A program made the translations under genes and the position numbers. This document shows positions 7,387-15,776 of a stretch of DNA of 30,028 nucleotides, one piece after another. Origin of the DNA: a virus (lineage: Duplodnaviria > Caudoviricetes). The notes beneath the pieces are model-generated. The model was not told the origin of the DNA, did no database searches, and saw only the letters and a list, made by a program, of their open reading frames with translations. The stretch spans positions 1 through 30,028 of the IMG/VR virus record IMGVR_UViG_3300005613_000299; one strand, 5' to 3'. The number at the start of each line of letters is the position of its first letter. The first letter of the stretch is position 1.

Positions 7387-7740
7387 TTTACTATTTATTT
7401 GCAATTCTTTACCATTTTGCACATAATGTAAATTTTGTATTTGATGAACATAATATAATCTAAAATGAAATATGAAATGATATAAACAATCATTTTCTCT
7501 CAAAATAGCAAATGAGTTATCTTCTTTACTAAATATATTTTCATCTTTTTCCGATAAACCAAAACTCAATATTATTTCAGTAGTTAATTTAATAGGTATT
7601 AATTTTTTAATTTTTGCAAGAAGATTTATTTTATTATCTATACTTTTAATTTTTGCAAAATCTCCTGATAATCTTTCAATTTTAAAATATCTACTATGAT
7701 ATTCTACCAAATTACCTTTTCTTAGTTCTTGTTGTTCCAT
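7369..7740 (-). CDS. hypothetical phage protein (ELRxGNLV...PIxLT.EIL..FG type)
   Basis: 123-aa, very AT-rich ORF ending the leftward operon. Confidence 0.7.
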   Translation of the reverse strand: MEQQELRKGNLVEYHSRYFKIERLSGDFAKIKSIDNKINLLAKIKKLIPIKLTTEIILSFGLSEKDENIFSKEDNSFAILRENDCLYHFIFHFRLYYVHQIQNLHYVQNGKELQINSKLFPNP

Positions 7741-8078
7741 AATCTTTTATGTATCTGTTTAAGTTTATTAATATAATTCGGGTCACTTGCATATCTTTTG
7801 CAGTCGCCTTTTTTACCCTTGTAAATGCACTCTAAAAATTCGTAATAGTCGCCACCGAAATAGTATTTACTTTGCCAAATTGAAACTTTAAATATACAAG
7901 CCTCAACACTTGTAAATTCCATGTTGGAGCAATAACCTAAAATATTGTTTCGTTCTATTACGTTCTTACTATCTACTTCCCAACCACACTCCAAAACTAC
8001 TTGTGCCAAAACAATATCAGCGTGTTTGATGTTGTACGATGTTAGTAGGAAATAGATGCTTATTAGTTTAGTTGTCAT
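7722..8078 (-). CDS. minimal GH73 glucosaminidase/muramidase-like protein
   Basis: AQVVLECGW (catalytic Glu), NNILG, YASDPNYINKL (YxTD-type motif); ATG 8078 is coupled to the upstream mini-ORF. Confidence 0.75.
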   Translation of the reverse strand: MTTKLISIYFLLTSYNIKHADIVLAQVVLECGWEVDSKNVIERNNILGYCSNMEFTSVEACIFKVSIWQSKYYFGGDYYEFLECIYKGKKGDCKRYASDPNYINKLKQIHKRLWNNKN

Positions 8079-8149
8079 ATCTCCAATATTTTCTTTATCA
8101 CCAACAGAATACAAATCGCTGCGAATGATATTTTTTGTCCTTTAGTCAT
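8075..8149 (-). CDS. 24-aa hydrophobic mini-protein
   Basis: MTKGQKISFAAICILLVIKKILEI*; ATGA overlaps at both ends. Confidence 0.6.
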   Translation of the reverse strand: MTKGQKISFAAICILLVIKKILEI

Positions 8150-8358
8150 TGTATTATTTCATCAATGTTAATGTTATGTTCGTCAAGTAAAGTATTGATT
8201 TTCTCCCAAGCAATATGATAGTCGTAGTCTGTATGTTTAAATTCTCTCCAACCATTGTGAACCAACTCGAAAATAAATGAAGCCATATCTTCTGCTTTAA
8301 GATACTTTAACAAATCCTTTGGACTATCTGCTTCAATGATTATTTTAACCTTATCCAT
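8146..8358 (-). CDS. hypothetical protein
   Basis: 70 aa, overlaps neighbours in the operon. Confidence 0.7.
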   Translation of the reverse strand: MDKVKIIIEADSPKDLLKYLKAEDMASFIFELVHNGWREFKHTDYDYHIAWEKINTLLDEHNINIDEIIQ

Positions 8359-8698
8359 ACTCTTCTAAATTTAATTCTAAAGCCATTTTCATCGCTTCTG
8401 CTTCATTTTCACAAACACAATAGGGTTTTGTATTTAAAAACACTTTTACGCCCTTAGAATGAAAGTAAGCATCATTTGAATTTGTGATTAACCACAAATG
8501 TAAATCTGCTTCAATTTCTTCAGTTAATTGGTCTAAAGCATAATTGTATAAATCAATGTCATTATCTTTAGGGTTTTTAACATTGAATTCTTTATCTAAT
8601 TCCTCAACGTATAAATCTAGCCAATTATAATTGTAACTAAATTCAACTGTGTAATCAATCGGGTAACCGTTAATTGTTGTGCTAATTGTTTTTTTCAT
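8351..8698 (-). CDS. hypothetical acidic protein
   Basis: 115 aa, A-rich start context. Confidence 0.7.
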   Translation of the reverse strand: MKKTISTTINGYPIDYTVEFSYNYNWLDLYVEELDKEFNVKNPKDNDIDLYNYALDQLTEEIEADLHLWLITNSNDAYFHSKGVKVFLNTKPYCVCENEAEAMKMALELNLEEYG

Positions 8699-8831
8699 AT
8701 TGTTTTAAATAATTTTTAACTAATTCTTTAACTTCTTTAACTTTGCTTATTGGCACCGTAAACCACACGCCTTTAGTTGGCTCGTTGTAAAGTGATTTAC
8801 GACCTGCATTTTCTCTTTTTCCTCCTCTCAT
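8682..8831 (-). CDS. 49-aa putative DNA-binding protein (RGGKRENAGRK basic hook plus ribbon-helix-like part)
   Basis: MRGGKRENAGRKSLYNEPTKGVWFTVPISKVKEVKELVKNYLKQYEKNN*; TAATG coupling to the upstream gene; not in the ORF track. Confidence 0.75.
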   Translation of the reverse strand: MRGGKRENAGRKSLYNEPTKGVWFTVPISKVKEVKELVKNYLKQYEKNN

Positions 8832-9289
8832 TATAATTCAAATATTTTACTTAATTTTTCATCTAATTCTAATTTCAACTTTTTAGATTCTTTAGTGTCT
8901 ACTACATCTTCAAACCCACAAAAATCAAGATTATTTTCTATTTTGTATGCTTCAATTAATTTACATAGTTTACTCATTCTTTCGTTAATTGCATTTTGAT
9001 ACAAGGTAGTTGTTTTATTAAAATTTTCAAAAGAACAAAATCCAAATTTTACATCGTTATACACTTCACATTCATTGTATTCTTTTGATACTCCTTTCAA
9101 TACCCAGTTACAACTAGCAACATAACCCCAATGATTAGATGCTCTAACTACACCCTCACTTGTGTACCAATATTTAGAAGATACTCGACCTCTTCTATCA
9201 AAAGAAACATAATCAGGGGTTGTTGTAATCTCTTCACATTTTGAAAAAACTCCTGCAGTTTGTAAATGAAAGTTATCTTTGTTAATCAT
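8831..9289 (-). CDS. hypothetical early protein
   Basis: Start moved to ATG 9289, downstream of the promoter; contains S.YWY...GV.R.SNHWG.VASC.W. Confidence 0.75.
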   Translation of the reverse strand: MINKDNFHLQTAGVFSKCEEITTTPDYVSFDRRGRVSSKYWYTSEGVVRASNHWGYVASCNWVLKGVSKEYNECEVYNDVKFGFCSFENFNKTTTLYQNAINERMSKLCKLIEAYKIENNLDFCGFEDVVDTKESKKLKLELDEKLSKIFEL

Positions 9290-9318
9290 AATTTCTAGTT
9301 GTTTAATGTTTATGTGTA

Positions 9319-9349
9319 CAAATATACAACTACTTTTTGAATTAACAAG
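9319..9349 (-). promoter_or_regulatory. Bacteroidota early promoter
   Basis: -7 TATATTTG at 9326-9319 and CTTG at 9349-9346, 19-nt spacer. Confidence 0.72.
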
Positions 9350-9378
9350 TAAAATCAAAGAAATATTTTAATAATTGT

Positions 9379-9410
9379 GATGAATGGTAAAATGAGTAGA
9401 TGAATGGTAA
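9379..9410 (-). promoter_or_regulatory. paired direct repeats, LytTR-type operator candidate
   Basis: GATGAATGGTAA at 9379-9390 and 9399-9410 (+ strand), 20-bp period. Confidence 0.65.
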
Positions 9411-9417
9411 GTGGTAT

Positions 9418-10647
9418 TTAAAGGAATACTGGAGTTATATTTACTTCTGTATTATTCCAAGTTTCTAAGACAAAGCCCCTACGACCCTTTTTAAAGTTGT
9501 TTTGCACCCATTGACTACTTGGAGATAAAGCAGGATAGTTGAAGTAATAGAAATCATCTGAGGTGCATAAATCAAATAATGCCTGATGACTATCGCCTTT
9601 TTTAAATACTATCTTTTTTGCTTTTTTATATATGTCATTTTGCTTACAGTATTGGTCTATCTTTTCAAGTCCATTACTATCTAATTGAACCTTAAAGCCA
9701 AACTTCAACGTGTCCTCATCTTTGCCGTGTGATATGATGAAACAAATATCATTTACGAAATAATGGTTAATAAATTGTCTATGATTTACTACTTCAACAT
9801 TATTATATTTATTATCACAAAAGTTTTTAAATGCAGAGTTGACAAAGTAACCAAAACTACCAGCGTGGTTGTCATTACAAATGTTGTTAACTCTTATTTC
9901 TTTATACTTTTTTCTGAGCAATTTAATGATACTTATTTTAAATTCTAAAGCCAAATCAAATGCATGTTCATTTGTCATATTCTGAGGCAACTTATGACCG
10001 CCCCTAGTTGTATAACCATTAAAGCCATCTAAAAAGTCGCCAAGTTCGTCAATTATTAATGTATCACTATGCTTTTTCTCAATTACCTTTGAAACCATTT
10101 TAGCCATTGATTGCAATATAGTTTCTTTATCCCATTTGTCAGCATACATTGAATTGCCTTTACTGTTCGTTTCCATACCTATATGGACATCTGTGTAAGT
10201 AAGCACATCAAAGGTTTTAACAGTATCTGTATTTACTTTAAATTGATTTTCACAAGGTTTGAAGTTGTCATATTTTGAAAGTATTAAATCAAAATCAAAC
10301 TCTTTAACATCTTCTTGGTCTTTAAATACAATGTTGTAAAATGGTATGCCTGTATGAGTAACAAGTTTATAGTCTTTTATATGCTCTTTAGGTAGGTTGT
10401 AATGAACGCAATACTCATCAATGTTCATTAACTTACCCTCATCACTATAAGCGCTTAGAACGTCTTTCTTTTTATATGTGTTGGATTTGCTTTTAGTTTC
10501 GTTTGAATTTACAACATCTTCTTTTTCTCTTATTTCTTTAAGTTGCTTAGCTTGTTCTTCATTTAATCGGTACTTTTTAGAATTATTTAAAGTCAAGCCC
10601 ATTTCTAAGGCAATACTGTCTTTAATACTCGTTTGCCATTTACTCAT
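9418..10647 (-). CDS. calcineurin-like metallophosphoesterase with N-terminal extension
   Basis: TDVHIG, LGDFLDG, NDNH, ISHG and GDSH metal-binding motifs. Confidence 0.8.
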   Translation of the reverse strand: MSKWQTSIKDSIALEMGLTLNNSKKYRLNEEQAKQLKEIREKEDVVNSNETKSKSNTYKKKDVLSAYSDEGKLMNIDEYCVHYNLPKEHIKDYKLVTHTGIPFYNIVFKDQEDVKEFDFDLILSKYDNFKPCENQFKVNTDTVKTFDVLTYTDVHIGMETNSKGNSMYADKWDKETILQSMAKMVSKVIEKKHSDTLIIDELGDFLDGFNGYTTRGGHKLPQNMTNEHAFDLALEFKISIIKLLRKKYKEIRVNNICNDNHAGSFGYFVNSAFKNFCDNKYNNVEVVNHRQFINHYFVNDICFIISHGKDEDTLKFGFKVQLDSNGLEKIDQYCKQNDIYKKAKKIVFKKGDSHQALFDLCTSDDFYYFNYPALSPSSQWVQNNFKKGRRGFVLETWNNTEVNITPVFL

Positions 10648-10650
10648 ATT

Positions 10651-11094
10651 TTATAGTTTATTTTCGCCACTAGGCAAATGTTCTTTAACGCTCTTTCCTA
10701 ATTTTATCAATCGTCCAAAATAGAACGCAATACCTTTACCGTTGTTGAATGAACGCCAACTCTCATCTATGCTGTATACTTCTATTGATATTAATGTTAA
10801 TGCCGTCCCCTTAGTAACTATCAAATGAATGTCTAAAAACATTGCCATAATATCTTCAAGTAAGAGTATTTCTATTCCGTAAATCATTAAGATTGCAACT
10901 TCATAAGCAAACATCTTTGATATTATGCCCCAACCTAACCTTTTTGAAGTGATTGTTCGACCAGCTTTTTTTGATGCGTAAATACCTATTATTGTGTCGG
11001 CTAGTATTGACATACCTACAAGCAACAAAACGCCTTTAATTGGTACGAAAAACGCTACTAAAGAAATAATGATGCCGTTGATTATTGTTTTCAT
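10651..11094 (-). CDS. holin (Phage_holin_4_1-like)
   Basis: Several hydrophobic segments; DTIIGI..SK....ITSKRL..GII.K...Y and IEVYSIDE motifs. Confidence 0.8.
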   Translation of the reverse strand: MKTIINGIIISLVAFFVPIKGVLLLVGMSILADTIIGIYASKKAGRTITSKRLGWGIISKMFAYEVAILMIYGIEILLLEDIMAMFLDIHLIVTKGTALTLISIEVYSIDESWRSFNNGKGIAFYFGRLIKLGKSVKEHLPSGENKL

Positions 11095-11095
11095 A

Positions 11096-11287
11096 TTATA
11101 ATAATTCTTCTAATTGTGGAGGAATATAATCAACATAAGTAAATTCAATTTCCCTTGCTTGCAATTCACTTTCCCACCCTAAAGGAATAATATACCCATT
11201 ATCGTAAGGGATAGGCGTGCAAATCACATTCCATTGACTCTTAAATGAGGTTATCTTATTTGTTATGTATATTACTTGTTCTTCCAT
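11096..11287 (-). CDS. small hypothetical protein after the fibre gene
   Basis: 63 aa, tightly packed in the operon. Confidence 0.65.
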   Translation of the reverse strand: MEEQVIYITNKITSFKSQWNVICTPIPYDNGYIIPLGWESELQAREIEFTYVDYIPPQLEELL

Positions 11288-11290
11288 ATC

Positions 11291-12139
11291 TTAAATTGGT
11301 GCTATTGCAGTTCCTATTTGACGACCTCCTGTAATTACAGTTGATTGAAGTCTTTGATTAATAGTATAAAAATCGGTCAATTCATTCGTGGACATATATT
11401 GCAAGCCAACTGCATAAAAACAGAGTTGTCTTGGTGAGTATAATGTTAAATAATTATGAAAAGTATAGATTTTTGTGTTGGTTGAACCAGGTCTTATATC
11501 GCTAACTAACACCACGCCATTTTTTACTTTGTCACCAACAAATAAACCTCGTTGTAACTGAAATAATCCTCTTGAATCCATGTTACTGATAAGTCCAATA
11601 TCCACACTATTATTAACCCTACCATTAAATGTATTAGACGCAGTTCGTGTTTGAACGAAACCATCAGACCCTGAACCTGCGTCAGCGTGTGTATTCGCCC
11701 TAGAGTTTGTGCGCGAATAAAACGCATATCCAAAATTGTCTGCTGAATATGAATTAGATGCTACACCTGAATCAAAAGATTTAGTTGGACCACCAACAAC
11801 ACCTAATGCAGTGAAATCTCCCGATGTAAAGTTATTATAAGAGCCTTTTATAACACCATTAGAAACTGCGTCTAATTCATAAGCAGAAGCATTAGAAGTT
11901 ATGTCATCAATTGGTATAAGTATAAATATTCTAGCACCATTCGTCTTTGCTATTGTTAATAAATTACTTCCATTCGGAGTTCCCTCGCCTTTCATACCTC
12001 TATACCAATCAATAACCGCTAATCTTTGAGTTTCTTGCATTACTGCGCTTGTGTTGGCTTCCCAATTTGTTATAAACTCTAAAGCATCAGGGTCAAATGA
12101 AGCAAAACTACTATTAAAATATGTAACTCTTCTAGACAT
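11291..12139 (-). CDS. putative tail fibre / receptor-binding (beta-sandwich) virion protein
   Basis: FDPDALEFI N-terminus, G/S/T/N-rich beta composition, last structural gene before the holin. Confidence 0.5.
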   Translation of the reverse strand: MSRRVTYFNSSFASFDPDALEFITNWEANTSAVMQETQRLAVIDWYRGMKGEGTPNGSNLLTIAKTNGARIFILIPIDDITSNASAYELDAVSNGVIKGSYNNFTSGDFTALGVVGGPTKSFDSGVASNSYSADNFGYAFYSRTNSRANTHADAGSGSDGFVQTRTASNTFNGRVNNSVDIGLISNMDSRGLFQLQRGLFVGDKVKNGVVLVSDIRPGSTNTKIYTFHNYLTLYSPRQLCFYAVGLQYMSTNELTDFYTINQRLQSTVITGGRQIGTAIAPI

Positions 12140-13175
12140 AAGTGCCTGTTAATATTATTGTGCCACCACTAGCAGCAGCATCATAAGTTATTTCTAATAC
12201 ATCACTCAAAGCCAATGCAAATGGAATAGTTACGGGTGCAGCGTTTACCGTATATGCAACCGTTGTAAGTCCAGTCGTATCTGCTGCGCTAATCGTACCA
12301 ACTGCATTTAATATGATAGTAACTGTGCTAGTGTCGTCTGATGCTTCGTAAGGTATTGCGATAGTTAGTTCTTTTACTTGAGGTGTACAAGTCACATTCG
12401 TAACACTCGGCTGTGTGAATGTACTTCCGTCGCTATCGGTAACGGTAATATCGGGTAAAACTAACGTACCACCACTTGCAACTGTATCCGTATATGAAGC
12501 ATCGCTGTTTTCTACTATTGCATCTACACAAGGTTGCAGAGGTGTACAAACCAAATTAACACCGCTTGGCTCACTCGTTACCGTTCCATCACTATCTGTA
12601 AATGATATGTTTGGTACATTTATAATATTGTCATCATCACTCACTAATTTAGTGGCTAATGTATCTCCAATACTATTTCTAACTATAGCGTTTACTGTTG
12701 CTTCAAAGTCGCCAGCCATATCAAAATCATAACCATCAATCGGCAAACCTACTAAACAATCTTTACTATAAACTTTCAATTGAATTGTGCCACCCCAACC
12801 GCTTAATCTATCTTGAAGATTATCGTAATATTTCAACTCAGGTACATCAGTTAGAACTTCACTAAAATTATTCCATCTATTGGAATATCTAATTGTAGTT
12901 ATAAGGTCATTTAATATGCGTTTAGTAGTGTTTTCAATGTCGCCCCTATTCTCATCGCCATCTGCCAATATATCAAACACAAATAACTCTAGTGTAATGG
13001 TTTCAAAGAATGGATTGTTGGTTGCATTGTTAATAGATAAAAAACAACTTGCATAATCAATTTTACCCTTTTTTATGATATCTAAAAGGTCGCCATAATG
13101 GAAAGAACGAAGTTGAATGTGTGCATCAACTAAAACGCTTGTTTCGTATATTATTTGCTTTAATGACTTTTGCAT
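12132..13175 (-). CDS. putative tail terminator/completion protein with repeated C-terminal beta domains
   Basis: N-terminal about 150 aa ending DRLSGWGGTIQL; two repeats (VPNISFTDSDGTVTSEPSGVNLVCTP and LPDITVTDSDGSTFTQPSVTNVTCTP). Confidence 0.55.
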   Translation of the reverse strand: MQKSLKQIIYETSVLVDAHIQLRSFHYGDLLDIIKKGKIDYASCFLSINNATNNPFFETITLELFVFDILADGDENRGDIENTTKRILNDLITTIRYSNRWNNFSEVLTDVPELKYYDNLQDRLSGWGGTIQLKVYSKDCLVGLPIDGYDFDMAGDFEATVNAIVRNSIGDTLATKLVSDDDNIINVPNISFTDSDGTVTSEPSGVNLVCTPLQPCVDAIVENSDASYTDTVASGGTLVLPDITVTDSDGSTFTQPSVTNVTCTPQVKELTIAIPYEASDDTSTVTIILNAVGTISAADTTGLTTVAYTVNAAPVTIPFALALSDVLEITYDAAASGGTIILTGTYV

Positions 13176-13242
13176 CTTGTTCTTTTTTTATCTTTTTTAA
13201 CGCTTCCTTAATCTTCTTATGAATTTCGTTTTTGTCTTTCAT
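13126..13242 (-). CDS. 38-aa basic mini-ORF
   Basis: MKDKNEIHKKIKEALKKIKKEQDAKVIKANNIRNKRFS*; ATGA-coupled to the upstream gene; overlaps the next gene by 50 nt. Confidence 0.35.
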   Translation of the reverse strand: MKDKNEIHKKIKEALKKIKKEQDAKVIKANNIRNKRFS

Positions 13243-13736
13243 TGTCTTGCTATTCCTAATGTGAAATTTTGACTAAATGAGGATTGCTCTTCTTTGCTTT
13301 CACAGTTTTGTTCATACAAAGGAAAGTCTGTTTTATTGTCATTCAAATAAACTACTAGCATATTTCTGTAAAGATACGCTTGTTTGTTTAAATCGTTCTT
13401 TAATTTATCGATACTTTCCCAATCTCCTGCCTGTCCATATTGGTCATTTGATGCACCTACACTCTTGTTTCTTATATCCCAATTGAAATGAACACACGCT
13501 TCTATTTCGGTCCTTACCATTATGAATTTAAAGATATAGTCATCTATCAATGTTTGTTCAGCAGCTGTATAAGTAACCGCTGATAGCAAGTAATTGAAAA
13601 AGTCAGCGCCTAAAATTTCTCTAAGGTACAAATCTTGAGAACGCTCAATCATTATCCCTAATTTTTGAGCATCTACATTGCCATTGATTAAAGACTTATT
13701 CTTTATTTGTGCTACTGTTATAAGTGGGTTTGCCAT
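13239..13736 (-). CDS. head-tail adaptor/connector protein
   Basis: Helical 165 aa right after the portal; INGNVD..K....I..SQD.YL..ILG. Confidence 0.6.
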   Translation of the reverse strand: MANPLITVAQIKNKSLINGNVDAQKLGIMIERSQDLYLREILGADFFNYLLSAVTYTAAEQTLIDDYIFKFIMVRTEIEACVHFNWDIRNKSVGASNDQYGQAGDWESIDKLKNDLNKQAYLYRNMLVVYLNDNKTDFPLYEQNCESKEEQSSFSQNFTLGIARQ

Positions 13737-13738
13737 AG

Positions 13739-15406
13739 TTATCTAAATATTACGTTTTGTTTCCAATAATGACGACACGATGGTTCGTTTTTATTTGTGT
13801 TTGGATTGTGATACCAACCACCTCTATATCTCCACACATCCATTCCAAACCTAGATGATATTGCGTTTATATCTTCAATGCTCCAAAATCTTGTTTGTGA
13901 TAGTCTTACCATTTCTCTACAAAAATCTCTCGTTCCATCAATTACATCAGCACCATACCCATCTTTAACTTCATAAGAGTACACCGTTTCAATTCTTGCA
14001 ATATCTTGTCTTGCTACTTCAATCTTTCCTTGTTGTGTAATAGTGCCATCTACTTCGATTAAATTTAAATCAGTCAATCTTTGATAAATCTTTGCTAGTT
14101 CAGTTGCTCTCGTTTCTGTCGCTTCCATAACCGCATCGAATGGCGTTTCTTCGCTAATCAATTGCAATACTCTTTGAGTAACTAAGTCTAATTCAGCAAA
14201 GTTTTGTTTAAATAATTCAGCATCATAACTGCCAAACAAAATTATATCTTCGCTTCCAGTTCTTTCACGGCCACAATTAGCAAAAGCATTGATAATATCT
14301 TCGTCTTTTATTTTATCATCTTCAAGTTTAAATCTAGGCGCTTGTACTTCTGCTTTTGGTAGTTGGTATTCAATAAACTCAACGCTCTCACTAATTCCAT
14401 TAATCTCTGCAACTGCATAGATAATAGATAATAATTGATTTTGGCGCATTTTAACGTATGAATTTTTGAATAGACTATAAGCAATGTCAATATTACTTTG
14501 GTTAAAGTTACCATCTTTTGTAAAACCAAACAATTCGCCACTAATTGCAGAATGACCTTTTAATATGTTGTCTTGTACTTGCTCTCCTAATGATAAATAA
14601 CGCTCATTTAATTGGTTTCCGTTCAAATGTAAAACAGTCGGCTCAGTATCTTTGCCATTGTTAAACAATATCATTACACCGCCTGCGTTATGGCTTCCTG
14701 TTGCGTTATCAATGATATAATCTTTTACTTCGTTTCTATCTTTTTCACTTGGACTTGCACCGTTATTTAAAGATACAATAGTACCCAAACTGAAATTGTT
14801 TACCGTTTCGCTAAATTCATAGTTTTTTATCTCTATATCAGTCATAATTGACTTAATACAAGCAGAATAAGGAATAGTAGGGTAGTAATTTAATGATAGT
14901 TTTCTTTTATTTGGGTCAATTTTGAATTGTCGCCCGTGTTCTTTGAATGGTAATATACACACCATTTCATCAGTTCTATCGTTTATGCTTACATAATCAA
15001 CTATTTTAAATCTGCTATCGCTCCAATCTTCTGAAACTTGGTAAATGCCGCTTTTAGTTACTCTAACCCATTCAAAAGGAATGTGTTGAAGCCTACCAAT
15101 AGTCTTTCCATCAGGCTTGAACCAACATTTAATGTATGTAGAATTACTAATTTCAATGTCAGTTTCAATATATTTCAAAATTGGGTCAAACATATCAACC
15201 AATTCAGCATTTCCTTTTAAACCACCACCAATGACATAATTAACTTTTCCATTGATTATTCCTTGATGGACTGCACAACTGATATAAAGATAGTTTAGCC
15301 ATTGAGGAAGTAGATTATCTTTACCCCAGTAAACAACCTCTTGATTGTTATTTTCGACAAACTCAGGTACTTCGACTTGTCTATTAAATAATTGTTTCGT
15401 AATCAT
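13739..15406 (-). CDS. portal protein with C-terminal wHTH-like and MuF-like extension
   Basis: YWGKDNLLP..L..LY..CAVHQGII..K, YYPTIPY, TGSHNAG..M..FN, IL.GH; C-terminal RDFC...RGGWY...CRHYW. Confidence 0.8.
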   Translation of the reverse strand: MITKQLFNRQVEVPEFVENNNQEVVYWGKDNLLPQWLNYLYISCAVHQGIINGKVNYVIGGGLKGNAELVDMFDPILKYIETDIEISNSTYIKCWFKPDGKTIGRLQHIPFEWVRVTKSGIYQVSEDWSDSRFKIVDYVSINDRTDEMVCILPFKEHGRQFKIDPNKRKLSLNYYPTIPYSACIKSIMTDIEIKNYEFSETVNNFSLGTIVSLNNGASPSEKDRNEVKDYIIDNATGSHNAGGVMILFNNGKDTEPTVLHLNGNQLNERYLSLGEQVQDNILKGHSAISGELFGFTKDGNFNQSNIDIAYSLFKNSYVKMRQNQLLSIIYAVAEINGISESVEFIEYQLPKAEVQAPRFKLEDDKIKDEDIINAFANCGRERTGSEDIILFGSYDAELFKQNFAELDLVTQRVLQLISEETPFDAVMEATETRATELAKIYQRLTDLNLIEVDGTITQQGKIEVARQDIARIETVYSYEVKDGYGADVIDGTRDFCREMVRLSQTRFWSIEDINAISSRFGMDVWRYRGGWYHNPNTNKNEPSCRHYWKQNVIFR

Positions 15407-15696
15407 ATAACTATCATCTTACCTATCTCTAGGATAATAAATTCATTTTCATTTGTGCTTACACCATCGCCATCGTAAACTCTGTATTCATATTCGCCTG
15501 CTGGTAAATCAATATCTATTGGTTCAATAATCTCAAATCTAGTGTATCTATCTGTTGTGCTTGTAGGTTCTAAATAAATCTTTGTTTCAACTTGTGTTTG
15601 TAGTTCTCTAAACACAAACAAATACTCTTGATTTATGGCTAATTCCATCACTTGGAGACCTACTATATTTGTGCTATCTTTTGTAATTTGTATCAT
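15403..15696 (-). CDS. small beta-rich virion protein
   Basis: YLFVF, RYTRFEI, GEYEYRVY, LEIGK; ATGA overlap with the portal. Confidence 0.6.
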   Translation of the reverse strand: MIQITKDSTNIVGLQVMELAINQEYLFVFRELQTQVETKIYLEPTSTTDRYTRFEIIEPIDIDLPAGEYEYRVYDGDGVSTNENEFIILEIGKMIVI

Positions 15697-15709
15697 TTTT
15701 CAAATATAT

Positions 15710-15753
15710 AAAAAAAGGCAGACAAATACACTATTCATCTGCCCCTTTTTTTT
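15710..15753 (-). terminator. intrinsic terminator after the capsid and tail-tube genes
   Basis: Minus strand GGGGCAGATGAAT-loop-ATTTGTCTGCCTT followed by a T tract; A tract on the other side, so possibly bidirectional. Confidence 0.8.
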
Positions 15754-15776
15754 AAACTATAAACTTAACTATGAAA

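Noticed and set aside
9379-9410. Direct repeats as a mini-CRISPR or attachment site
   Set aside because: Repeats are only 12 bp with an 8-bp spacer, and no cas or integrase gene is present. Geometry fits a protein-binding site.
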